A DNA stretch of 64,000 nt from the human T2T-CHM13v2.0 reference genome, Homo sapiens. Both the position numbers and the translations under genes were made by a program. Of the stretch, positions 14,745-25,336 are shown piece by piece. Each line of letters begins with the position of its first letter. Within the stretch, counting starts at the first letter, position 1. Where the stretch lies: NCBI RefSeq assembly GCF_009914755.1, contig NC_060931.1; one strand, 5' to 3'. Under the pieces are notes generated by a model. That model did no database searches, had not been told where the DNA came from, and was given only the letters and a program-made list of their open reading frames with translations.

Positions 14745-14945
14745 GATAAGGATCTTGGGATACAGCCTCAGTTCAGCCACAAGCAAATTAACAGTGTGAC
14801 GCTTGACAAGTCAGGGTCTCTCTGTATCTCAGTTTAAGCATTTGTAAAATGGGTTTAAATCTATCTATTCTACCTTCCTCCCAGCGTTCTATGAGAATCA
14901 ATGAATTGAAATGGTCGTGACATGAAAACCTTTAAAAATTATAAG
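14745..14945 (+). mobile_element. MIR
   Basis: GTGTGACGCTTGACAAGTCA, CTCTCTGTATCTCAGTTT...TGTAAAATGGG. Confidence 0.7.
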
Positions 14946-16032
14946 GTAAACAAGAAATATAAGTAAGAAATAAATAGTGTGGTTGGACTGATGTCTTGGC
15001 ACAATACTTCACTCTCATTCCCGCCCTAAAGACAACTCAAGGAACCAGAATGCTCTGATCATGTCTCCTAGAAAATGTATGTATATAATTGCCTGCCTTT
15101 TGAAGCTCTGATGGAACCCAAGAGCTCTGGAGTTAGAGAAGGTAGCTTTGGTTCAAGATCGGTCTTCCAATTGATAACTACTCCTCCTGTTAGTTAATCT
15201 CTCTCAGCTCCAGTTTCTCCACATGGGAATAATAAATATAAAGAATAACTGAGATGTGCAAGTGATTTGTAATAGTAATAATGACAATGTATATTTGCAT
15301 ATTAGTTTTCTGAGGATCTGGGATTCAAACTCAGGTCTTGTAATTTCAGATCTAGTTCCCTTTTCATTATTCAGAGTCAGACTTCTTATTAGATTAACTT
15401 GACATTTATCCCATGGGTATGGAGAAAATATCTGCTATTTTGGCATTTTAAGTGGTATGTGCCTTTCAAAAATATCATTCTTAAGGCCTCACCCTTGTAG
15501 CAGGTTGTTATTGAAGAGATAACTTGCAGATTTTTTGTGCGATTTGGTTATCAAGCCTTCTTCTTGATGCAAATTTTGCCTACAGCAACCAGTGTTATGA
15601 CTAATATTGATAGTTCGAACCCTATAAATAACCCATAGTTCACAATTAAATGCAGAGGTATCCAGGATGGTAAAAATTAGACTGCCCCCCACCGCGCCTT
15701 GAAAAGATCTGGGGACAGTCTGATCACAGCCCTGCAATTCCCTGCCCTTCCTTCTCTGCCTCTTTTTGGGGCTGCCCTAACTCCCTGCAGAAAAGACGAC
15801 CCTGTTGTCAGCTTCCTGGATGTTGCCTTCCTTTTTGAACTATGTCTACATACACAAAGGTTCTAATTTTTTAAAAAGACTGATTTTGTAACAAAGAAAA
15901 TATTTTTACTGGGTAGGTGGTAGGGGGTGGGCAGGAAGCAGAGTTGAATCCTGTGTACTGCTGTTACACTACTTCTCCAGTCAAATTTTCAAGGCTTTGC
16001 TTGTGGGTGCAAAGTCTACCTATTGCTTTTTG

Positions 16033-16749
16033 TGTTATTGTCGTCAAATACACATAACATAAAATTGACAATGTATACCATTTTTAGGTGTACAGTTCAG
16101 TGGCATTAACTGAATTAGGGCACAAACCCCAACTCTCCATTTCCCTCTTCCCCCAAGCCCCTGATAGCCTATGATCTACTTTCTCTCTCTGTAATATGTC
16201 TAGGTGTCTCATGAAAGTAGAATTGTATCGTATTTGTCTTCTTGTGATCAGCTTATCTCATTAGCATAATGTCTTCAAGGTTCATCCAAGTTGTAGCATG
16301 TGTCAGAATTTCATCCCCTTTTAAGGCTGAATAATATTCCACTGTCTGTGTATACCATATTTTGTTAATCTATTTATTTGTTGATGGACTTTTGGGTTGC
16401 TGTGCCTTTTAGCTATTATGAATAATACTGCTATGAACATTGGTATACAAATATCTGTTTGAGATCTTGCTTTCAGTTCTCTTTGTTATGTAGCCAGTAG
16501 TGAAGTGGCTGGCTTATACGGTAATTTTATGCTTAATTTTTTTTTGAGGAACTGCCTGCCATACTCTTTTCCACAGTGGCTGTACCATTTTACATTTCCA
16601 CAGCCATGCACAAGAGTTCCAGTTTCTCCATTTCCTTGCCAACACTATTATTTTCTATTTTTTCAATAATAGCCATTCTAGTGGGTGTGAAGTGGTCTCA
16701 TTGTGGTTTTTGATTTGCATTGCCCTAATGATGAGTGATATTGAGTATT
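16033..16749 (-). mobile_element. L1MB-type 5'-truncated 3' end
   Basis: GTGTACAGTTCAGTGGCATTAA; TTAGCATAATGTCTTCAAGGTTCATCCA; AAGGCTGAATAATATTCC; flanked by CTATTGCTTTTTG at 16020-16032 and 16750-16762. Confidence 0.9.
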
Positions 16750-17297
16750 CTATTGCTTTTTGAATTGACTAACACTCCTTGGCTGGATAGTCAGTGCCCT
16801 GTAGCACTGCGTCACATCCTATATGAGCACCCTCTCTGCTTAGCTTTCTATTCTCCATCTTTCCTGAGGGGGGGCCTTTCTGTGCCATCCCTTGGCTCAC
16901 CCCTACAGAGGCAGGGGATTTTGGCATAGTGCAGCTCAGCATCCCAGGATGCAGGTCAGGGTGAGGTAATAGGGAGACTATATCTGGAAGGGAAAATGGA
17001 AACTATCCACCATTCCAATACTTTAACAACTGCTATATATCCATCACAATATCTAGGACAATCATGGGCTCATGGTAGATCATGAATACTTATGTATTAG
17101 AATATATTTTTGCCAGATGTATTAAAGCAGAAGTTGGGGTTAAGCCTGTGAACTACCTACTTTACCTACAGTTTCAAATGGTTAATGTGGGTAACCAGTT
17201 ACAGAATCACCCCTGCCATGACAGACAATTGTTTTGCCTTCCAGCAGTTATGAGTCCCATGCCATAATTCCCTCCTCTCACCATCAGTCCACAGGGT

Positions 17298-17392
17298 CAA
17301 TACATGGATAATTGTTGAAACTGGACGATGGGGGGGGGGGTACATAATCTTTAAATTTATGTACATTTAGAATGTTCCATAATAAAAAGTTG
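17298..17392 (+). mobile_element. Old L1 3' terminus containing a G11 run
   Basis: ATAATTGTTGAAACTGG...G11...TTCCATAATAAAAAGTT, a typical L1M end. Confidence 0.6.
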
Positions 17393-18666
17393 ATTCAGAT
17401 AAAGATACCAGGCCTCATCACTGACTGTGTGATGGAACGGACCACCTATAGTCTTATTTATCCATCTATTTTTTGCATTGGGTAATTAATTTGAGATCTA
17501 TGGGCAATTGTTATTAAATTTAATTTTTTAATTATACAATTCTACAAAGTCTAATGCTTAAGGCAATTTCTATGTCTATGATGTATAAGCATAAATTATT
17601 TTATAGGTCATTATATATAGTCATTTTAATGTTATGCTTATTGTCTGATGAGCATATAAAATAACATTTAAATAGCATTTAAGTAACTCCTATAATTACA
17701 CTGAAAAATGTTTCCCAGTGTTACTGAAATCGGTTGCAAATCTTAGATACATAAAGTACTAGAAAAGTAGCCAAAAAAAGAGACAGGGACTCAACATGCT
17801 GCCAAAAATAATAATAGAACCTTGAATGTTAAACAGCTTTTTAAAAAGCTCTTCTCTGGAATGAAATGCATTCACTCAAGTTGTTCTTCCCCATCCTCCT
17901 GCTTCTTGTTATAGACGTGCCTTGCTGGCTGACTTCCTGATCGGTTGGTGGGCCCAGTCCTACTGAGTCACCCGGCTGCAACTGTTGAGTATGAGTGTGT
18001 GGAGCTGGTGGAAACCAGGATGGAGAGTAGGCTGGAGACTGAGCACTTGGGAAAATTTTAAATTGGAAAAAAACCACAAATGAACGAAAGCACTGAGTTG
18101 CTGCTGTGAGGGCAATTTGCTCTCTGTAGGCATCACAAAATGTATTTGATGATTGAGGCCAAAATTGGTCTATTTGCTTTGTTTCTTTGGAGAAAAATGA
18201 GAATACCAAGGATCGTCCTCTGGTTGGCATCACGTTCCTCTGTGCACAGTTATTTTCTGTTACAAATGGTTTTTACAGGTCGTATAAGGGGTAATGGGCA
18301 AGAGTTAATATTTTTCTGTTGTCACTCTGGAAAGTACATCAGGATCTTTCATTTCAATCTGTCCCTCTAAGTCTGGTTGTCCCTTTTCATGTACTCAAAG
18401 GAAAGTTGGCATGGGGCCCAAAACATAGTATGGGGTGTACCGATCTCCTTGGTCTGACCAGTTCAGCTTGGACCCTAGAGAAGCTCAGCCAGTGTGGACC
18501 AATTTGTGAAGAAGGCCACCCAGTGCTTTCGTCTAGGAAATGTTCCTAAAGTCAAGTCCATGTTTCAGTGAGTCTCCTCAGTTTTAAGAGGAGGCACAGA
18601 ATGCCACAACTTCTAAGCTGCCTGCTTTTTAAAATGTTAATAAGTCATTAAAATTAGATAAGACAA

Positions 18667-18952
18667 GGCCGGGTGCAGTGGCTCACCCCTGCAATCCCAG
18701 TACTTTGGGAGGCCAAGGCAGGCAGATCACCTGAGGTCAGGAGTTTGAGACCAGCCTGGCCAACGTGGTGAAACCCCGTCTCTACTAAAAATACAAAAAT
18801 TAGCCGAGTGTGGTATTGCGCACCTGTAATCCCAGCTACTCAGGGGAATTGCTTGAATCCAGGAGGCGGAGGTTGCAGTGAGCTGAGATCACGCCACTGC
18901 ACTCCAACCTGGGCAACAGAGTGAGACTCGGTCTCAAAAAAAAAAAAAAAAA
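18667..18952 (+). mobile_element. AluSx inserted in a MIR
   Basis: Full dimer with small right-arm deletion (CTACTCAGGGGAATTG); imperfect TSD AAAATTAGATAAGACA/AAAATTAAATAAAACA; MIR end AATAAATGTTAGCT follows near 19010. Confidence 0.95.
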
Positions 18953-19069
18953 TTAAATAAAACAGTGTGCTTAAAGCATGCAGCACTGTGTCTAGCACAC
19001 TGTAAAAGTCAATAAATGTTAGCTCTTATTTATGATTATTCTAACTATGAGCACAACGAACTTTATTCT

Positions 19070-19445
19070 AAATTACTTATTCACTTAGCAAACAACTATT
19101 GAGTACCTACCATATGTCAAGCACAGTTTTAGTCAATATGGATGTGGCAGTGTACAATCGAGCCAAGATCCCTGCTCTCAACAAATGGACATGCTTTGAA
19201 AGGGAAAACACAATACATTGTTCAACTAAATAATTCCTTTAACAATTGTCATAAATAAAACAAAATGAGAGAGTGGGGATAGAGAGTGACTGAGGGGAAT
19301 AGGATGGGGAGAAAAGTTGACTCTAGATGGAGTGACCAAGGAGAGCTTCTCCCCAGAAGGGATTGGATGGTGAGATGGAGTTGCCATGTGAAGATGCAGA
19401 GGTGCGGTAACCCAGGCAGAGGGAACAGTAAGAGAAAGGCCCTGA
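19070..19445 (-). mobile_element. L2 3' region
   Basis: TATTGAGTACCTACCATATGTCAAGCACAGT; CCAGGCAGAGGGAACAGT...AAAGGCCCTGA. Confidence 0.8.
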
Positions 19446-19906
19446 ATAGACCCCATCTCAACACTGAGCCCTCTTACCACATGCAGTGGATGTCAGGCTG
19501 CAGGCCTCTTTGCTGTCCTTTCAATAGTTTCCGTGTTCAAGGCATTTAAGTACTCAACCTGCAATCAGATTAAATTGCTGCCAGAAGAGCTGTGGTCCTT
19601 AGGTGAAAACTCACCCATTTCTACAAGTAATGTAGAATTTTTAGTTTAAGCAAGCATGAGAAATGACTCCTTGAATAAGCAGTGCTTGATTGTCACTATT
19701 GCCCATTTCACTGGAAGAGCCCACCTTCCATCTTGGGACCAGGCCCATAACTCACTGCTACTCAAATCACAGAGGTAAGAACCAGCAGATGAGATAGGTT
19801 GGCTCCTGCTCTGCCAGTAAGTAACCTGCTATTTGCTCTTAACAGGTCACGTAGACCTTCTGTGACTTTGTTTGGTCATCTGCAAAACCAGAGGAATGGG
19901 TTACAC

Positions 19907-20065
19907 CAGTGCATGTAAAACTTTCATGTGCCTTCCCATCTCCTGAAAACTTTGTTACCTGCAGACTCTGTCTCAGGAGTGTGGGGCAGGGCCTGGGATT
20001 CTGCATCTCTAACCAACTCCCAGGTAATGCTGAGGCTGCCCACCCTCAGACCACACTTTTGAGTA
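19907..20065. mobile_element. MER5A MITE nested in a MIR (about 19780-20110)
   Basis: GGGGCAGGGCCTGGGATTCTGCATCTCTAACCAACTCCCAGGTAATGCTGAGGCTGC...ACCACACTTTTGAGTA; MIR3-like CCTTCTAGCTCTAAA follows. Confidence 0.7.
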
Positions 20066-20864
20066 TAGAGAGTTTAGATTAAGTACCTTCTAGCTCTAAA
20101 TCTAGGAGTCTGCATTCCAAGCTTACTAGGACTTGAACTTCAAGTCCTTGAACTGATCTTAATCACATAAAAACCTGTGATGACCAAGACAGGTATGAGC
20201 TTCCTGCAATAACCAAGCTGTGCTTCCTTCTGGGTTGTCCAACCGTTGCAAGTCAAGATCACTGCCTCACCTTAGCTACCTGGTACTGCAACACCTATGC
20301 ATCCTGTGGCAGGACTGGTGAAACTCATTATCACTTATCAAAATTGATATGATGAAATGAGGAAGCTTCGATTTCATAAATGTGCCAACATTCGGGCTGG
20401 GATGGAATGGTTTGTTTCCCCGAATAAGCTATAAAAACGGAACACAATAATTTAATTGACATTATTTGATGGATGAATGTAATCACTGAGTGAGATTCTT
20501 TTAAAATCACACCAAATTCCATACAGTTCTGGAAGTTCAGTGAAAGATGTTATTGTTGATTTTACTTTAATTACTCCTGCTGGGATTTACCTTGAGCGGG
20601 TTATTAGGCAGGTAACAAATCTAGATTTTTTTAAGAGTGGAAAATCCTTCAACTCTTCTGAGCAATATCAGTGTCCCCTTGGCTTCTTATCCCTAAAAGA
20701 CATAGCTGAGGTGGTCAGTTTCCCGTGGCTCTCAGAAGATCTGCTCTCTAACAGGCCAGAGGAAGCAGAAGCATGATGACAAATAACTCAGGAAATGACA
20801 GACTTTTGTTGCACTATTTAGAGAAGGGAAGAAAGGTAGCATAATAGGGCACACTGTCATTGTC

Positions 20865-21020
20865 ATAAGAATGGTTTACATTTGAATATCACCTCACAGT
20901 TTTTAAAGTGTTTTCAGGAAGTGACTATGGTTATCACCATTTTATGATGGAAGACTGCAGGCTAGAGGGAGCTGTGAACTGATAATTGATAAACAGAGCA
21001 TCTGAACTCAGGTCTTCTAT
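20865..21020 (-). mobile_element. MIR fragment
   Basis: TTATCACCATTTTATGATGGAAGACTG ... TGAACTCAGGTCTTCT. Confidence 0.55.
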
Positions 21021-21980
21021 CCAGTGTAATTTTCAGCCTGTGGATAATCCTCCAATTACAGAACCTGAACCCAGTCTTTACGCGTTTTCCCAAGCTCACA
21101 GAGCATGGCATATAGAGGAAGAACAAGATTCTATCCAGTTCTGTTGATTCTCAGATTGGCATCCTCTATTGTCAACCCCAAGACCTGTGATTACCTTTGT
21201 TGGACTGTTAGGACTACACAATCTATATTTCCCATCAAACATGCTCTCCTGTAGAGAGTTCCTTGGGGATAGACTGAGCCTAGCCAGATGTCAATAAATG
21301 GCATAAGATAATTAACTGACATTTCATTCAATCCTTCAATGTTTCTTCTCCCAGACATCAGTCCAAAGGTTCAAAGTGTCAAGGGACAGCCATCCAAGGG
21401 GAAGCAAACAAATGAAATAGGACTTGTTCTCTCTAATCCCTCTCAGGCTATGCAGGGCACTCCCTGGGGTAAGCCTGGCCATTTCAGAAAACATACTATA
21501 AATACTGTCAGTTCTTACCTGCCTTTTCAATCAGCTTTCTCTTTTTTAAATGTTTGCTAGGAAGGAAGATTCTCCACCTGAAGTGCGTGAACATACATTT
21601 CCAAACAGGTGATATCGCCAAACATGACTCATGGAGAAGTCAGTTGTTTTACAAAGAACTTGTAGGAAACAAATAGCAAAACATATTAAATATGCCTCTT
21701 GGCCAAGAATTGAAATCAGTGAAGGGCAATAACAAAGAAGAGAAGTATTTAGCCATGATTTCTACCTATTGTGAGCTCCTTATATTGTTCACAGGAGCTG
21801 CAACAAATATTTAGAAACAATCATAATACATAGACAACAATATTACCATATAGCAAAGCCTCAGTTAGTATTGATTTTATTGACTTTCCAGACACAGCAG
21901 GTAGTTGTAACTTACAATTATGCCCATAGGTGAGAGTCTCTATTTATGCTATCATACAAGACATTTAAAAAATTAATTCC

Positions 21981-22281
21981 GGCCGGGCGTGGTGGCTCAC
22001 ACTTGTAATCCCAGCACTTTGGGAGGCTGAGGCGGGAGGATCACGCGGTCAGGAGATCAAGACCATCCTGGCTAACACGGTGAAACCCCGTCTCTACTAA
22101 AAATACAAAAAAATTAGCCAGGCGTGGTGGTGGGAGCCTGTAGTCCCAGCTACTCGGGAGGCTGAGGCAGGAGAATGGCATGAACCTGGGAAGCTGGAGG
22201 TTGCGGTGAGCCGAGATGGCACCACTGCACTCCAGCCTGAGCGACAGAGCGAGACTCCATCTCAAAAAATAAACAAATAAA
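21981..22281 (+). mobile_element. AluY
   Basis: Y diagnostics GAGATCAAGACCATCCTGGCTAACACGGTG and GAGAATGGCATGAACC; TAATTCC on both flanks. Confidence 0.95.
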
Positions 22282-22289
22282 TAATTCCA

Positions 22290-22610
22290 AGCCAGGTGCA
22301 GTGGCTCATGCCTGTTAATCTCAGCACTTTGGGAGGCTGAGGTAAGATGATCACCTGAGCTCAGGAGTTTAAGACCAGCCTAGGCAACATAGAGAGACCT
22401 TGTCTCTACAAAATAATAATAAGAATAAAGTTTAATGAGCCGAGCATGGTGGTGTGTGCCTGTGGTCCCAGCTACTCAGGAGGCTGAGGTGGGAGGATTG
22501 CTTGTGCCTGGGAGGACAAGGCTACAGTGAACTGTGATCATGCCACTGCACTCCAGCCTGGGTGACAGAGTGAGACTCTATCTCAAAATAATAAAAATAA
22601 TAATAATAAT
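22290..22610 (+). mobile_element. AluJ, directly downstream of the AluY
   Basis: TGAGCTCAGGAGTT, GGAGGATTGCTTG, AAGGCTACAGTGA; (AAT)n tail. Confidence 0.93.
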
Positions 22611-24349
22611 TTCAACCCTAATGAATCAGACCAAATCACAGGCCAAAATCCAGTACCTGGTATAGAGTTAAATATCCCCATTCTGGACACAATGGAAAGC
22701 CAAACATCAGCAGAAACATTCAGGGTTTTTATTATTTTCTTTTGATTTTTAACCTGTCCTCATTCTCTGTAAGATAACACTGGTTTTTATCATTGGCATG
22801 CTCAATTGAACCATGGCCCTGGCAAAAATTAAATTGGTCATACCCACCCATCCATTCCCCCCATCCCCATCCCAATGATGCTGGAAAATGGCGAGGAAAA
22901 TGATGACTATGCAGGGCTACCCAATGGTGGTGACAGTCTCTGAGGACTCCGAGCATCATGCTGCCAGTGGGTCAGCCCTGCCACACCTCTATTTGGGCAT
23001 GACAAAAAGCAGCGCTTGGGGCAGCTTCAGATGGAGGGGTGGGGAACTGACTTCCCTTCCTGCCGAGACTCCAGGTGGAGTCTATGACCTCTTCCTGCCC
23101 TATTGTGTTGGAGTTAGAGAAAGTGTATGTGGCAGGATGGGGTGGAAGTGAGCAGGATGGCAGAGGTACGGACAATGTCCTGACAAGGAGGCAAACTTGA
23201 GGAAAAGGCAGAGGGCACACCATTTGGACCAGGGCCTCTGTTCCCTTACCTCACTGCCTTTGTCTCATTCTCTCAAAGGACCTGATTATTTGCTAGGAGC
23301 TAATACAGGGATCCAGACCCCCCACAGCCATCCACTTTCCAAATAAGCATTAGACTCATTGATAGCCACAGCAGACGAGTCCCAAAGCTAGGGAATCCTG
23401 GTACCAGGAAGAACCTGGATTTTCCCATTAAAAGGACCTGGATTCCCTTCCTCGCCCTCCCATTCTGGTTCAACCGCACCTGATCTGGCTCTCTAGCTGT
23501 AAGATACTTTACAGTAGGAGGAAATGATGTTCCTCTTTCTGGCCTCCCTCTCTTGGTTATAACAATGAGAAAAGAAACATTCATGCCAGATACCCTCGCT
23601 GTGGCCCTGTCTCGGGGGCAGAGAAGGGATCTAGTTTGGCAAAAAGGGTTTCTTCTCCATGCACAAGCTCTTGCCTCACAGCCACAGAGAGATTCTGTGC
23701 AGGACCACCGACTTTCTGCACACTTCCTAGAAGCCCCAGACAAGGGGGGAAAAGCAGATGGACAGATTTGCAGTTAGCCTTCCAGAACCAAAGCAACTAT
23801 ACAGAATTCCTGCTGCGATGCTTCACCTTGCTGGGTGCAGGCTGCTGACTCAGAAAGGAACCCACCATCAAGAGAAAATCAGAAAGACTTGACTCTTGGC
23901 CCAGTAAGACCACCTGAGTTTGTTGAAGCATTTCTAGCCCTTTATGCCCGATTTTTACTTTCTTCCCTTGCTTATCTTGGGTAACCTAGAAAGGAGCTGA
24001 GAGATGTAAATAATGTTTCTGATTGTGGAGATCTGGGATCCAATCAGCAAGGAGGGGGCATGATTAAATCCAGGCTGACTCAGAGATGGCAGGCGAGGAC
24101 AGCAAGGAGAGCAGACATCTGCAAGGATTTGGGCAACTCGTTAGGGAGGAATTTTAGGAACAGAAAAGGGAGAAGCTGTGGCGCAAACTTATACCGAGGA
24201 ACAAGAATTACTCCCCGCCCCCAGGCCCCCACCAAACCAGCCTTTCCCTGCACATGACCGTGTTTGGAGACACACAGAGCTGAATCCTGGGTGATAAAAA
24301 CAGTGTGCAATAGGTCTCTATCTATGTTTGAGAAAGGAGGGACTACATT

Positions 24350-24470
24350 ACATTTCAATCCATCAGCATTAACTGAGCACTACGAAATCCCAGGCGCTGT
24401 GATCAGAGATAAGACAGAAATGAGAAACGGTTTCTGTTCCCAGCCTAGAAACAGCTTTATAAGATTTAGC
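24350..24470 (-). mobile_element. L2 3' end fragment
   Basis: CATTAACTGAGCACTACGAAATCCCAGGCGCTGTG. Confidence 0.55.
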
Positions 24471-24679
24471 CGCAGATCCCTCTATTCACTCCTAAAAAGT
24501 AATCAATATTCTTTCATAAAATGAGGAAAAGAAAGCAGTGATCTGACCTGTAAAACAGATTGCTCGGTGCAATCCAGGAGCCTGCTCAAGGAGGGGTCCA
24601 GCCCAGCCCCAGTCTAGCGTAACCCAGGGACCCAGGGCACCCAGGAATGTAACCACAGTTATTCTATCACTTGGTTACC

Positions 24680-25336
24680 AATGGGTACTTGAACATCAGT
24701 GAACAAAATAGTGAACTGAACAAGCAAACATCTCTGCCTAGTGTAGTTGACATTCTTGGGGGAAGATAAATAACGTTCAGAAGACTAAGAAAATTGTATG
24801 GTATGTCTGAAGAAGCATGTATGGAAATGAAAAAAGTAGAGTACGGTAAGGGAATCAGGGGAATGGCCATTTAAAAATAGGGTGCTCATGAAATCAGCCC
24901 AATTTTCCAACAAGCTAGATGCACATAGAACTGAAGCTTGAGCAACTTACATGTGTACAATGAAACGCACCTGCTGCTCGTTGACCAGTTCCTCTTCCTT
25001 ATCCTTCCCTAATTTCTGTTTTCCCACCTGTGGTTACCAGGAAACATCAGACCCTTCACTTGACCACCTCCTGTCTATTGACCAACTTATCTTCCTTGCC
25101 CCACCTGTTTTCCTTCCTGGCTATATATACAGCCAACAGGGGAGAGAAATGTAGGATGAATTTGAGGCTTGCCTCCCATCTCTGTAGCTGAGGTGGCCTG
25201 AGTAAAGCCTTCTTCCCTGGCAATACTCAGCAATTGGCTTTCTGTGCCGTGAGCATGAGACCTAGACTGAACCCCTGACACTCAGTAACACTCAGGGTAG
25301 GCCTCCTTGAGAAGATGACATCTGAGAAAGGACTTG
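24680..25336 (-). mobile_element. L2 fragment interrupted by an LTR
   Basis: CAGTGAACAAAA...TTTAAAAATAGGGTGCTCA then resumes CTCAGGGTAGGCCTCCTTGAGAAGATGACATCTGAG. Confidence 0.7.
24889..25290 (+). mobile_element. LTR47-like solo LTR, complete
   Basis: TG...CA termini (TGAAATCAGCCCAATT ... CAGTAACA); 4-bp TSD CTCA at 24885-24888 and 25291-25294; TATATATA at 25122; AGTAAA at 25201. Confidence 0.8.

Noticed and set aside
15610-15632. B-box-like GTTCGAACCC followed by TATAAATA
   Set aside because: No A box, cloverleaf or SINE context
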